Origin: an uncultured Acidobacteriota bacterium
Lineage (GTDB): Bacteria; Acidobacteriota; Thermoanaerobaculia; Gp7-AA8
DNA: 64,000 nucleotides
Assembly: GCA_963741955.1 (NCBI GenBank)
Contig: CAVUKB010000005.1
Coordinates: 128,001 to 192,000, forward strand
Reading direction: 5' to 3'
The notes beneath the pieces are model-generated. The model was not told the origin of the DNA and did not search any database. It was given only the letters and a program-made list of their open reading frames with translations. Shown in pieces: positions 49,947 through 59,599 of this stretch. Position numbers and translations under genes: made by a program. Position 1 is the first letter of the stretch. Each line of letters begins with the position of its first letter.

Positions 49947-51134
49947 TCAGCGAAGCCACTTCTCCGGGTCCGCCGGCTGATTCCGGTCGCGGATCTCGAA
50001 GTAAAGAGTACTCGGGGCATCTCCCTCGCCTTCGGCTACCTCGCCGATCACCTCTCCCGTGTGAACCTGCCGGCCGACCGAAACCTTCGTGTTTTTCGTG
50101 TTGCCGTAAAGCGAAAAAACGCGATCGCCATGGTCTACGACGATGAGATTCCCGTACCCTTTGAACCACTGGGAGAACAAAACTGTTCCCTCGAAGACCA
50201 CGTGGATCGGAGTCCCGGGAGGGGCGGCGATCTTCAGACCGTTGTTCGAAGTCACGGTCGCGAAACGGGGATCGCGCTGTCGGCCGAAGTGCTCGAGCAC
50301 CTCTCCCTGAACCGGCCATTCGAGCGCTCCCTTGAACTCGTCGATCGTGGCCGGCGAAGGAGATTCGCTCGAGCGGCTCCCGTACAGATAGGCGAACAGT
50401 TTCTCCAGGCGCCTCGCCTTCTCCTGCAGCTCGGCGAGTCGTCTCGCCGAGTCGGTCGATTCGGCGCGCAGCCTTTCGAGGAGGCTCGCCTTCTGCCGTC
50501 GCGATCTTTCCATCTGTTCGCGCTGCCGGGCCACCAGTTGCTGCACGACCTGCACGCTCCGGCTCTTTTCCGCCAGAGCGCTCCTCTCCTCCAGAAGGCG
50601 TCGCCGTGTCGATTGGAATTCCGTCACCGTCGCAGCGTCGCGTGCGATCAGATACCGGAGCATCTGCACCGCTTCGATCGGGTCCTGTTTCGTGTCGAGC
50701 GACAGAAGCATCCGGAGATAGCTCATCGGACCAAGCCGGTAGAGGGCGTCGAGTCTGTGCGCGAGATAACGCTTCTGCTGCTCCAGTCGCGGAGAGAGGG
50801 ATGCGATCTTCGATTCGATCCCCGCCTTCTCCGTTTCCACTTCCTGCTGCGCGTCGACCGCGAGGTTCAACTGCCGGGTATGGACGGCGAGCTCGAGCTC
50901 GATCTGCTCGAGCTCCTGCTCGACGCTCCGGGCGCGTGTGCGGACATGCGTCAGACTCTGGCGGAGCTTTTCGATCTCCTTCTGAACCCGGTCGATCGCC
51001 GGGTCGGGAGCATGAGAGGCATTCTCGCCTTGCGCAGTGCCCGACAGCAGCAGAGCGAGCGAGGTCGCGACGATTCCGGCGACACGAACCGGAACGGCCA
51101 TTCCGCGCCGGCCTCTTCGGAGGTGGAGGATCAT
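49947..51134 (-). CDS. envC: Murein hydrolase activator EnvC (coiled coil plus degenerate M23)
   Basis: Long coiled coil, L.WPV.G, NNGLKI, GYGNLIVVDHG, LYFEIR; M23 His ligands missing. Confidence 0.85.
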   Translation of the reverse strand: MILHLRRGRRGMAVPVRVAGIVATSLALLLSGTAQGENASHAPDPAIDRVQKEIEKLRQSLTHVRTRARSVEQELEQIELELAVHTRQLNLAVDAQQEVETEKAGIESKIASLSPRLEQQKRYLAHRLDALYRLGPMSYLRMLLSLDTKQDPIEAVQMLRYLIARDAATVTEFQSTRRRLLEERSALAEKSRSVQVVQQLVARQREQMERSRRQKASLLERLRAESTDSARRLAELQEKARRLEKLFAYLYGSRSSESPSPATIDEFKGALEWPVQGEVLEHFGRQRDPRFATVTSNNGLKIAAPPGTPIHVVFEGTVLFSQWFKGYGNLIVVDHGDRVFSLYGNTKNTKVSVGRQVHTGEVIGEVAEGEGDAPSTLYFEIRDRNQPADPEKWLR

Positions 51135-51868
51135 GAGCCGCCCGGGGAGGTCTCCTTCGCCTGACGTTCACTCTGGATACGGAGTGCGTCCTTGGCTGCC
51201 TGCTGTTGGGCTTCCTTCTTGGACGATCCTATCCCGCGAGCCACCACCCGGTTCGCGAGTCGCACCTCCACGACGAATCGCTTCTCGTGGTCGGGTCCCT
51301 GCTCTTCGACGACCGTGTACTCGGGAAGAGTCAGCCCCATCCCCTGGGCGACCTCCTGCAGGGCGGTCTTGTAGTCGTGAAATAGCAGATCCTCGCGATT
51401 GATCTGGTCGAGGTCGTCGGCGAAGCTCCGGTCGATGATCTCCCGCGCGAGATCGATCCCTCCGTCCAGATAGGCTGCGGCGATCACCGCTTCGAACAGA
51501 TTTGCGAGCAGCGAATCCTTGTTGCGTCCGCCCGACTTCTCCTCTCCTACCCCGAGGAAGAGGGCGTCTCCCATCGAGTACTCCCGCGCCTTTCGGGCGA
51601 GGATGGGGGCGCTCACCAGATACGCCTTCATCTTCGAGAGTGCTCCTTCGTCCAGATCGGGAAAGCGGCGGAAGAGGACATCGCCGATCACGAATCCCAA
51701 CACCGAATCGCCGAGAAACTCGAACGTCTCGTTGTCCTGCAGCTCGCGGGAACGTGCCTCGTGGGAGTAGGACTTGTGGGTCAGGGCGCGAACCAGCAGC
51801 GATCGCTCGCGGAATCGATGGCCGAGCCTTTCTTCGAAGGCGTCGAGATCTTCGGATTCGATCGTCAA
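51131..51868 (-). CDS. rnc: Ribonuclease III
   Basis: ALTHKS, NETFEFLGDSVLG, dsRBD DYKTALQE...GPDHEKRF...SKKEAQQ; TTG start inferred. Confidence 0.95.
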   Translation of the reverse strand: MTIESEDLDAFEERLGHRFRERSLLVRALTHKSYSHEARSRELQDNETFEFLGDSVLGFVIGDVLFRRFPDLDEGALSKMKAYLVSAPILARKAREYSMGDALFLGVGEEKSGGRNKDSLLANLFEAVIAAAYLDGGIDLAREIIDRSFADDLDQINREDLLFHDYKTALQEVAQGMGLTLPEYTVVEEQGPDHEKRFVVEVRLANRVVARGIGSSKKEAQQQAAKDALRIQSERQAKETSPGGS

Positions 51869-52027
51869 GACCCAGCAAGTATAGCGTAGAGGCTGGAGAT
51901 CCGGGCTCGTCGGAGGCCCTGGCTCGGGGTCCGGAAGCGACCGGGACTCGGGGCTCGAGGCTCGAAAAAGGACCGAGGCTCGAGGCTCGGGATTGGAAGC
52001 TCGACAATGGACCGGGGCTCGGAGGCG

Positions 52028-52055
52028 AAAAAAGGCCCCTGATTTCTCAGGGGCC
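52028..52055 (-). terminator. Rho-independent terminator of tRNA-Phe
   Basis: Minus strand GGCCCCTGA-gaaa-TCAGGGGCC-TTTTTT. Confidence 0.85.
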
Positions 52056-52068
52056 AGCGTCATTCGGT

Positions 52069-52144
<76 letters not shown>

Positions 52145-52364
52145 GTGTCCGTTGCCGGGCCGAAGGTCTCCGGCGCTCTCGAGTATCGCCGGGCCGGTTC
52201 GAGCCCCGTGACCGCGCTCTTCAGGACGCGCGATCCGCAGCGGGCGCGGATGATAACACATCCGGCAGACCGGTCAATCCCGGTTCCGTTCGTATCTGCT
52301 GAGGGCATGGGATGCCCCGGTTCGGACCCTCCCCCGCTCGAGCTTTCAAAACGGACAGTTTGGA

Positions 52365-52393
52365 TTGACCCCGGCCGCCGCTCAGCTTAGATT
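52365..52393 (+). promoter_or_regulatory. Sigma70-like promoter upstream of the riboswitch
   Basis: TTGACC-17 bp-TAGATT. Confidence 0.6.
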
Positions 52394-52430
52394 ATCGGTG
52401 TCGCCGGGGAACTTGGGTGTACCGGCGATG

Positions 52431-52575
52431 GCTTGTCAGCCAAATCCCCGGCGCCGGGGAGCGGGGGACCCAAGCGGAGACGGCTTGCCACCGTCCGGGG
52501 TGAATCCGGCCAGAAGCCGGTAGGGTTTCCAGCCCGAATCCGACAGCTAACCTCGTAGGCAACCGGATGGCAAGT
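52431..52575 (+). ncRNA. c-di-AMP riboswitch (ydaO/yuaA)
   Basis: Conserved blocks AAUC...GAGCGGGGGACCCAA...GGGGUGAAUCC...GGUAGGG...GCCCGAAUCCGACAGCUAACCUCGUAGGC in the expected order, with paired stems. Confidence 0.92.
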
Positions 52576-52578
52576 CCG

Positions 52579-52614
52579 CAAACGCCGCGCAGATTTGCGC
52601 GGCGTTTGTCCTTT
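52579..52614 (+). terminator. Terminator-like hairpin after the riboswitch
   Basis: CAAACGCCGCGCA-gatt-TGCGCGGCGTTTG followed by tccttt. Confidence 0.65.
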
Positions 52615-52776
52615 CCGGCCCTCCCTGCAGGACGATCGTTTCCGGCCCACGGGCAAATCGCTCTGCACAACGGTTCGTCGCGCAGAATATTCTGCAACAG
52701 GTCGTCTCGGCAGAATAAAATTCCGTACAGACGCCTTGACACAGAATAATCGACTGCGCGGAAAGCTGCCACAGGC

Positions 52777-53652
52777 TCAGCTGACCCGATCCCGCACCAT
52801 CGACGCGATCTCCCGCAGATGTTTCGCCGCGCCGCCGAGAAATGCAATCGCGTCGAGCGAAGTATCGATCAGCTCTTCGGTGAGCTGGCGCGCTCCCTCC
52901 ACGCCGGCGAGCTTGACGAACGTCAGCTTCTGCTCATCCTTCCCGACGTCTTTTCCCAGCTGCTCGGGTGTCGAGGTGACGTCGAGGATGTCGTCCGTGA
53001 TCTGGAACGCGAGTCCGAGGTTCTTCGCGTATTGCTCGATTGCGCGGATGCCGCCGGTCGGAGCGTTTGCGAGCATCGCACCGGTCACCGCGGCGGCGCC
53101 GAAGAGCGCACCCGTCTTGCGCGAGTGGATGTATTCGAGGGTGCCGAAATCGAGAGAGGCCGCCTCGCTGTGGAGGTCCACCGCCTCTCCTCCGATCGTC
53201 CCGTCCCAACCGACCGCCTGCACTACCCCGTCGAGGACCTTCCGGAGCGGCCACCGTCGTGGATTCACGGCAGCGTGATTGTCGGCGATGAGCCCGTACG
53301 CGTGGTTGAGAAGCGCGACCGCCGCGAGGATCGCCAGATCCTCTCCCACCGCACGGTGCAGAGCCGGCAAGCCGCGCCGCAACTCGGCGTCGTCCATTGC
53401 CGGGAGGTCGTCCAGCACCAGGGAACAGGTATGGATCATCTCGAACGCACACGCGGCGTCGAGAAGTTTTTCCGGCCGTACGCCCCACGTCTCACCCACC
53501 GCGAGGGTCAGGACTCCACGAAATCGTTTCCCCGGGGTGCTCAGTGCGCGCTGGAGCGGTTCACGAAGTGGATCCGGGCTGACGGCGCGGTCGAGCACCG
53601 CGGCGAGCCGGCGGTCCACGAGAGCTCTCTGGGCGTTGAAGTAGTCGTTCAA
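52777..53652 (-). CDS. Short-chain polyprenyl synthase (IspA/CrtE; GGPP synthase-like)
   Basis: [48 protein letters not shown]; TTG start inferred. Confidence 0.9.
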   Translation of the reverse strand: MNDYFNAQRALVDRRLAAVLDRAVSPDPLREPLQRALSTPGKRFRGVLTLAVGETWGVRPEKLLDAACAFEMIHTCSLVLDDLPAMDDAELRRGLPALHRAVGEDLAILAAVALLNHAYGLIADNHAAVNPRRWPLRKVLDGVVQAVGWDGTIGGEAVDLHSEAASLDFGTLEYIHSRKTGALFGAAAVTGAMLANAPTGGIRAIEQYAKNLGLAFQITDDILDVTSTPEQLGKDVGKDEQKLTFVKLAGVEGARQLTEELIDTSLDAIAFLGGAAKHLREIASMVRDRVS

Positions 53653-53665
53653 GATCAGTCCGATT

Positions 53666-56600
53666 ATGGTAGCATCCGAATCCGGCAAGTCTATGAAGAA
53701 TCGGCTCTTGTACGGTAGGTCCCTACTCCTTCTGTGGATCGCGTGGCTGCTTTTTTTCTCGATCCTTCTCGCGATCCTCACGCCGGTGTCAGGCGGCCGT
53801 TTCTGGGCCGTAGTCGGCGTCGCGGCGCTCTCCACCTTCGTGGTCATCGCGAGAGTCTGGTACAAGCCTCTCGGCGTGCGTCTCGGTGAAGACAGCGTCA
53901 CTCCGGTACTGAATCAGATCACCGCCGGAGATCTGACGATCCGCACTGACGAGATCCGCGCAAAGATCTCCTCGAAGGAGCTCTCGGGCTCGATCCGGGC
54001 ACTTCTGCTCAACCTGGAACGGACGATCACCCGTTTCTCCCAGCTCGTCTCCGACGTCACCACCGCCGGCGACCAGATCAGCCGGAGGGCTCGTGCCCTT
54101 TCGATGACCGCCGGCGAGCAACTCTCCTCCACCCAATCGACGTCTCAGTCCCTCGAGCAGATCGACGCGTCGATCAAGAGCGTCGGGAAGAGCATGGAGA
54201 ATCTCTCGCTGAACGCCGAGGAAACGTCGACCTCGGTGCTGGAGATGTCCGCCTCGATCCAGGAGGTGACCCGAATCGGCGAGAACCTCTCCGAATACGT
54301 AGAGCAGACCGCGTCGGCGATCGAAGAGATGATCGCGTCGATCAACGAAGTGGCGACCAACACCGAGAGCTTCTCGTCGTTCGCGACCGAGACCGCCAGC
54401 TCGATGATCGAGATGAACACCACCACCCAGGAGATCGCCAAGTCGGCGCAGCAGTCCTCGGATCTTGCCCGCTACGTCATGGACTCCGCCGGCGAAGGGC
54501 TCGAGTCGGTCCTCGGTACGGTGGAAGGAATGCGCAAGATCCAGGGCTCGGTCGATGAGTCGAAGAACGCCCTGATGCAGCTCGCCGAACGATCCGCGGA
54601 GATTGGTGAGATCGTGCGGGTGATCGATGAGATCGCCGGACAGACCAACCTCCTCGCGTTGAACGCGGCGATCATCGCCGCGCAGGCCGGCGAGCGGGGA
54701 AAGGGATTCGCCGTCGTCGCCGACGAGATCCGCGATCTCTCCGAGCGCACCTCCGTCTCCACGGAAGAGATCCGGACCCTGATCAGCAACGTTCAGCGCG
54801 GGGTCGACCGCGCGATCGAGCAGATGAACGTCAGCTCCGAGCACGTGAACGAAGGAGTCGGTCTCACCTCCCGCGCAGAGACCGTACTGACCAAGATCCG
54901 GGACCTGATCGAGCGATCCACCCAGTCGATCTCGGAGATCGCCCGCGCCACGGAAGAACAGATGCGCGGCAGCGAGAGCACCACCCAGGCGATCGAAGAA
55001 GTGACCAAGATGGTGCAGCAGATGGCAGCCGCCACCCAGCAGCAGTCCATCACATCACTGAAGATCGGGCAGCAGACCTCGGTCGTGCGCGACTACATGA
55101 AACACCTGCAGCGCGCGATGGAAGAACAGGAGAGCGGAAGCAAGTCCATCGGCTCGGCGATGGAAAACGTGATGAGTGCGGTGAGCATGGTGCTCGAGTC
55201 CACATCGATCCTCGCGAACGAGAGCGCCGCCGTGGTCTCCTCGATGGCGGTGATCGAACGGGGTGCGCGAGAGAGCAACTTCGGCGTGGCGGACCTCAGC
55301 CAGATGGCCAACACGCTCCGCCACGAGTCGTCGCTCCTCCAGCAGGAGCTTCAACGCTTCCAGCTTCCCTCCGCCGCTCAGGGAGGACGGGTGGTCACCG
55401 CGACCGTCATCCCCCAGCTCACTCTCGACCCGGTCTACGCCCAGTTCATGGCTCTCAGCTACGTCCAGAAGGCCATCCACGAAAACCTGGTGCTCTTCGG
55501 AGAAGGCGCAGAGCTGGTTCCCGGCCTCGCCGAGCGGTGGGAGGTCCTCGATCATGGAACGGTCTACCGCTTCCACCTTCGCCCCGATGCCCGGTTCCAC
55601 AACGGACGTAGCGTCACCGCGAAAGACGTGAAGGAAACCTTCCTTCGCCTGCTCTCCCCGCAGATCAACTCCAGCGGGAAATGGATCATGCGTTTCGTCT
55701 CCGGAGCCGATGCGGTGATCGATGGAAAAGCGAGCGACGCGGCCGGATTCAGGGTGGTCAGCGATCGAACGATCGAGATCGTTCTCGAAGAGCCGCTCGC
55801 TTTCTTTCTGCTCCTCCTCTCGATGCCCGAGGCGGCCATCGTTCCGATTGAGGAAGCCCGGGATGCCGCCCGGTTCCGCACCCATCCGGTGGGCGCCGGG
55901 CCGTTCCGGGTGGACGAGGTCAGAGAAGGTGAGTTCGTACGTCTGGCCCGCAATCCGTCCTACTTCAGACCCAATATCCCGCACGTGGACGAGCTCGAAT
56001 TCCGTCTCGATCTGAAGAGCGCCAAAGATGTAGCGAACGCCTTCTTCGCCGGCGATCTCGACATCGCTCACGGAGTTCCTCTCCCGGTCGTAAAGGAGAT
56101 TCGCGAAGACCCCCAGCGTGCGCCCTATCTCCGCGACACGATCATGCTTCACACTTCATACCTCGGGTGGGACAATTCCGTCGCTCCCTTCGACCGCGTG
56201 GAAGTGCGACAGGCAGTGAGTCATGCGATCAACAGGAACCGGCTGAACGAGAACATCTTCTCCGGGCTGGGAATGATCGCGGAGTCCCTCCTCCCGCCCG
56301 GGCTTCCGGGGTACGACCCGAACCGGAAGGGCTACCAGTACGATCCGGAGCGCGCACGCGCGCTGCTGCGGAAAGGAGGATTCCCTTCCGGCTTCTCGAT
56401 CGACTACTGGAGATGGGATACGGACGAGTTCTACAACTCCGGCCTCATGGATCTGATCGTCGAGGATCTCGCCGCCATCGGGATCCGGGTCAACGTCACT
56501 CTTCACGACGCGAAGGAAGCGAGAAGCGCACAGCTCGCGCCCGGGCACAAGCGAATCTTCGCCGCCAACTGGTATGCCGATTTCCCCGATTCCGACAACT

Positions 56601-56881
56601 TCTTCTTCATCTTCTTCCATTCGGAATCGGAAGTCCTGAAGGGCCTCGGATACGGCAGCGCGGAGATCGACGGGCAGATCGAGCGGGCACGCCGGACCAA
56701 CGATCCGGAGGAGAGGGTGCAGATCTATCGTACGCTCGACGAGAAGATCCTCCAGGATTCTCCGATCTCGTATCTGTTCCACGACCGGCTGTTCGTGCTG
56801 CACAAGCCGGAAGTCCGCGGTCTGAGGACGTACCTCGCGCCGCCCCCGGTGCGCTATCACGACGTCTGGCTCGAACGCTGA
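53666..56881 (+). CDS. Methyl-accepting chemotaxis protein fused to a C-terminal family-5 solute-binding domain
   Basis: 2 TM, HAMP-like segment, tip [31 protein letters not shown]; then TLDP, PGLAERW, FHNGR.VTAKDV, GAGPF, VRQA, YDPERAR. Confidence 0.9.
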   Translation: MVASESGKSMKNRLLYGRSLLLLWIAWLLFFSILLAILTPVSGGRFWAVVGVAALSTFVVIARVWYKPLGVRLGEDSVTPVLNQITAGDLTIRTDEIRAKISSKELSGSIRALLLNLERTITRFSQLVSDVTTAGDQISRRARALSMTAGEQLSSTQSTSQSLEQIDASIKSVGKSMENLSLNAEETSTSVLEMSASIQEVTRIGENLSEYVEQTASAIEEMIASINEVATNTESFSSFATETASSMIEMNTTTQEIAKSAQQSSDLARYVMDSAGEGLESVLGTVEGMRKIQGSVDESKNALMQLAERSAEIGEIVRVIDEIAGQTNLLALNAAIIAAQAGERGKGFAVVADEIRDLSERTSVSTEEIRTLISNVQRGVDRAIEQMNVSSEHVNEGVGLTSRAETVLTKIRDLIERSTQSISEIARATEEQMRGSESTTQAIEEVTKMVQQMAAATQQQSITSLKIGQQTSVVRDYMKHLQRAMEEQESGSKSIGSAMENVMSAVSMVLESTSILANESAAVVSSMAVIERGARESNFGVADLSQMANTLRHESSLLQQELQRFQLPSAAQGGRVVTATVIPQLTLDPVYAQFMALSYVQKAIHENLVLFGEGAELVPGLAERWEVLDHGTVYRFHLRPDARFHNGRSVTAKDVKETFLRLLSPQINSSGKWIMRFVSGADAVIDGKASDAAGFRVVSDRTIEIVLEEPLAFFLLLLSMPEAAIVPIEEARDAARFRTHPVGAGPFRVDEVREGEFVRLARNPSYFRPNIPHVDELEFRLDLKSAKDVANAFFAGDLDIAHGVPLPVVKEIREDPQRAPYLRDTIMLHTSYLGWDNSVAPFDRVEVRQAVSHAINRNRLNENIFSGLGMIAESLLPPGLPGYDPNRKGYQYDPERARALLRKGGFPSGFSIDYWRWDTDEFYNSGLMDLIVEDLAAIGIRVNVTLHDAKEARSAQLAPGHKRIFAANWYADFPDSDNFFFIFFHSESEVLKGLGYGSAEIDGQIERARRTNDPEERVQIYRTLDEKILQDSPISYLFHDRLFVLHKPEVRGLRTYLAPPPVRYHDVWLER

Positions 56882-56911
56882 GGCGGCACGCCTCACCCGC
56901 CGTACACCGCC

Positions 56912-57817
56912 ATGCAACGATCGGTACTCCGCGTCCACGCGGCACTCGGCACCGTCGCGCTTCTCTTCTCGATCAACTACGTCGTGGCGAAGATCGCCCT
57001 TCGGGAGATCGATCCGCTGGCGTTCGCATGGCTGCGGGTGGTCGGCGCCGCGGCGTTGCTCCACGCACTCGCGCGCTCCCGACGGTCCCCTCTCTCCGCC
57101 CGTCTCACGCGCTCCGATCTTCGCAAGCTCGTCGGCTATACGTTTCTCGGCGTCGTCTTCAACCAGCTCCTCTTCATCAACGGGCTCGCACGCACTTCTG
57201 CACACGAAGCGGCGATTCTGATTACCACCATTCCCATCTTCACCCTCATCGGCGCGTTCGCGTTGCGGCTGGAGAAGGCTTCTCTCGCCAAAGCGGCGGG
57301 AATCGCCATCGCGGCCTCCGGTGCTCTACTCATCATCGGACTCGAGGGCGCTGCGCAGCGGCAGGGACGGCTGACGGGAGACATCCTCATTCTCCTCAAC
57401 TGCATCTCCTACGGCACGTATCTCGTAGTCTCCCGCCCTCTGGTGATGCGGCTCTCCCCTGCCCGCGTGATCCGTATCATCTTCACCCTCGGCATTCCGC
57501 TGATGCTCCCCTTCTCGATCCATTCACTTCTGGCCCAGGACTGGAGCTCCGTCCACGCTTCCTCCTGGGCCGCTCTGGCCGTCGTCGTCGCGGGACCGAC
57601 GGTCGGAGCCTATCTCCTCAACGCGTGGGCGCTCGCCCGCATCGAGAGCTCGGTCGTCGCCGCCTACACCTATCTGCAGCCCGTCTTCGCCTCGATCCTC
57701 GCATTCCTGGTGCTCGGCGAGAGGTTGAGTCTGGTGACGGCCGCCGGAGCGCTCCTGATCATCGCCGGGGTCTGGCTGGCGAGCGGTAAACGAAATCCCT
57801 CCCGTTCCGTCTTATAG
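56912..57817 (+). CDS. DMT/EamA-family transporter
   Basis: About 10 TM in two EamA repeats; YTYLQPVFA, LGE. Confidence 0.9.
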   Translation: MQRSVLRVHAALGTVALLFSINYVVAKIALREIDPLAFAWLRVVGAAALLHALARSRRSPLSARLTRSDLRKLVGYTFLGVVFNQLLFINGLARTSAHEAAILITTIPIFTLIGAFALRLEKASLAKAAGIAIAASGALLIIGLEGAAQRQGRLTGDILILLNCISYGTYLVVSRPLVMRLSPARVIRIIFTLGIPLMLPFSIHSLLAQDWSSVHASSWAALAVVVAGPTVGAYLLNAWALARIESSVVAAYTYLQPVFASILAFLVLGERLSLVTAAGALLIIAGVWLASGKRNPSRSVL

Positions 57818-57819
57818 TC

Positions 57820-58443
57820 GTGACCGTGGCGACCATCGAACGGCATGATGCCGTCTCTGCTCCCTCCGACGAGGAGTTGATCGGCCGGACCATCTCCGGA
57901 GAGACCGACGCGTTCGAGGTGCTCGTCGAGCGATACCAGAAGAAGATCTATCGTGTGGCCTACTCGATCGTCCGATCGGAGGCGGATGCGGACGGGGTGA
58001 CGCAGGATACGTTCGTGCGCGCCTTCACGAAGCTCGCACGTTTCGAGAACCGGTCCGGATTCGAGACCTGGCTCACGCGGATCGCGATCAACCGCTCCCG
58101 GGACGTCCTCCGGGGACGCCGCTGGGTCTCTCTCGATAGCATGGAAGGAGACCGCGGTAGCGCCGCGGCTTTCGAGCTGGCCGACTCGGGAGCCGACTCG
58201 GAACGCGCCCTCTTCTCCCGTCAGATCGAGAAGGCCATCGAGCGTGCCGCAGCGACTCTTTCCGCACGGCAGCGAACCATCTTCCGTCTCCGGCATTTCG
58301 AGGAGCTTCCGCTCGAAGAGATCGCCCGGATGATGGGGCTCCGCGCCGGTACGGTGCGCTCGCACCTCTTCCGAGCCGTGCAGAAGTTGCGGCGCGAGCT
58401 CGAGGAATGGATGCGACCCGCCGCCACGAAGGGACGCGCATGA
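57820..58443 (+). CDS. ECF RNA polymerase sigma factor
   Basis: AFE.LV.RY, QDTFVRAF, FETWLTRIAIN, EIA..MG...GTVRSHLFRA. Confidence 0.93.
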   Translation: MTVATIERHDAVSAPSDEELIGRTISGETDAFEVLVERYQKKIYRVAYSIVRSEADADGVTQDTFVRAFTKLARFENRSGFETWLTRIAINRSRDVLRGRRWVSLDSMEGDRGSAAAFELADSGADSERALFSRQIEKAIERAAATLSARQRTIFRLRHFEELPLEEIARMMGLRAGTVRSHLFRAVQKLRRELEEWMRPAATKGRA

Positions 58444-59024
58444 CAGGATCCATCATGACCACTCACTACGAAACATCCGACCTCCTGGAGCACTACTACG
58501 TGCCCGACGAACGAGGCCACCTCGCCTCTCACCTCCGCCAGTGTCTCGAATGCGCCGGGCGCTTCGAAGCGCTGAAAAGAGAGATGTCGGCAGCCGCGGA
58601 GGCTTCCCGAAGCGAAGCCTCGTCCAGGCCGGAATGGTTCTGGTCCCGGCAACGGATGGCGATCCGCCGAAGAATCGAAGAGGGTGGCCGGTCGAGATTC
58701 AGGAGCGGGTGGCTGCGGCCTCGCACCTGGAGCTACTCGCTGGCAGGAATCCTCCTCGTTGCTGCTGCGATCCTCACGCTTCGCTCCGACTTCGGCCGCG
58801 ATCACCGTGCGCAGGTCCGGACCACGCACAGCATCGCTCAGACGACGGAGACATCCTCCCCCGACTCGAGCCGGGCGTCGGCCATGACCGACGACGAGAC
58901 TCTTCTCGGTGGGTCGAGGACGCCCTGGAGCGACGATGCCATCAGCGACTTCCACCCGGCCGTCGAGTGGGAGTCGTGGCTCGAGACAACCGACGGCGAA
59001 TCGAATCCCGGAGGAACCTCATGA
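58440..59024 (+). CDS. Zinc-finger anti-sigma factor
   Basis: HLRQCLEC (HxxxCxxC), single TM; ATGA overlap with the sigma gene. Confidence 0.8.
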   Translation: MTGSIMTTHYETSDLLEHYYVPDERGHLASHLRQCLECAGRFEALKREMSAAAEASRSEASSRPEWFWSRQRMAIRRRIEEGGRSRFRSGWLRPRTWSYSLAGILLVAAAILTLRSDFGRDHRAQVRTTHSIAQTTETSSPDSSRASAMTDDETLLGGSRTPWSDDAISDFHPAVEWESWLETTDGESNPGGTS

Positions 59025-59476
59025 AACGAATCGTACCGATGATTCTCGCAATTGCCGCTCTGGCGACTTCGCTTCCGGCGCAGCAGCTTCCACGCGGGAA
59101 GTGGTGGACTCGCCCCGAAGTGGTGCAGCGACTCGGTCTGACCAGCGAACAGCAGGAGAAGCTCGACGCGATCTTCCAGGCCGCCGCGCCACAGCTGATC
59201 GACTTCAAGGCGGAAGTGGAGAAGGCCGCTGTCGCGCTGCGTGGCGAGATCGATCGCCCCGAGCTCGATCGGGAGCGGGTGGAAAGGGCCGCCGCGCGAA
59301 TCAACGATGCACGTGGACGACTCTTTCAGCGTGAGCTGGCGATGCTCGTCGACATGCGCTCCGTTCTCAGCACTGAGCAGTGGAATCGCTTTCGTTCCGT
59401 CCTCGAGAGAATGGACGGACGTCAGAAGATGCGTCCTCAGCGAGGAGCTCCGCGGCGGCCCGGCGCGCCGCAGTAG
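59021..59476 (+). CDS. Periplasmic Spy/CpxP / heavy-metal-sensor-family protein
   Basis: Signal peptide, GKWW, LGLTSEQ...VLSTEQW (LTxxQ repeats). Confidence 0.85.
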   Translation: MKRIVPMILAIAALATSLPAQQLPRGKWWTRPEVVQRLGLTSEQQEKLDAIFQAAAPQLIDFKAEVEKAAVALRGEIDRPELDRERVERAAARINDARGRLFQRELAMLVDMRSVLSTEQWNRFRSVLERMDGRQKMRPQRGAPRRPGAPQ

Positions 59477-59599
59477 TCTTCCGTGTTCGTCGGGACGTTC
59501 GGGTCGGAGCTCTCTCCCGGCGATCTGTCTCGACGCGAAGAGGCGGGTCGCGAGGATGTGAGGCCACGCGCGAGCCCTACCCTCCGCTACAATTCCAGC

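Noticed and set aside
52567-52749. 60-aa ORF as riboswitch target
   Set aside because: Starts inside the aptamer closing stem, runs through the terminator, has no RBS and no protein-like features
52649-52772. c-di-GMP-I riboswitch suggested by GGGCAAA
   Set aside because: No GAAA-capped P2 stem or GACGCAAAGC block
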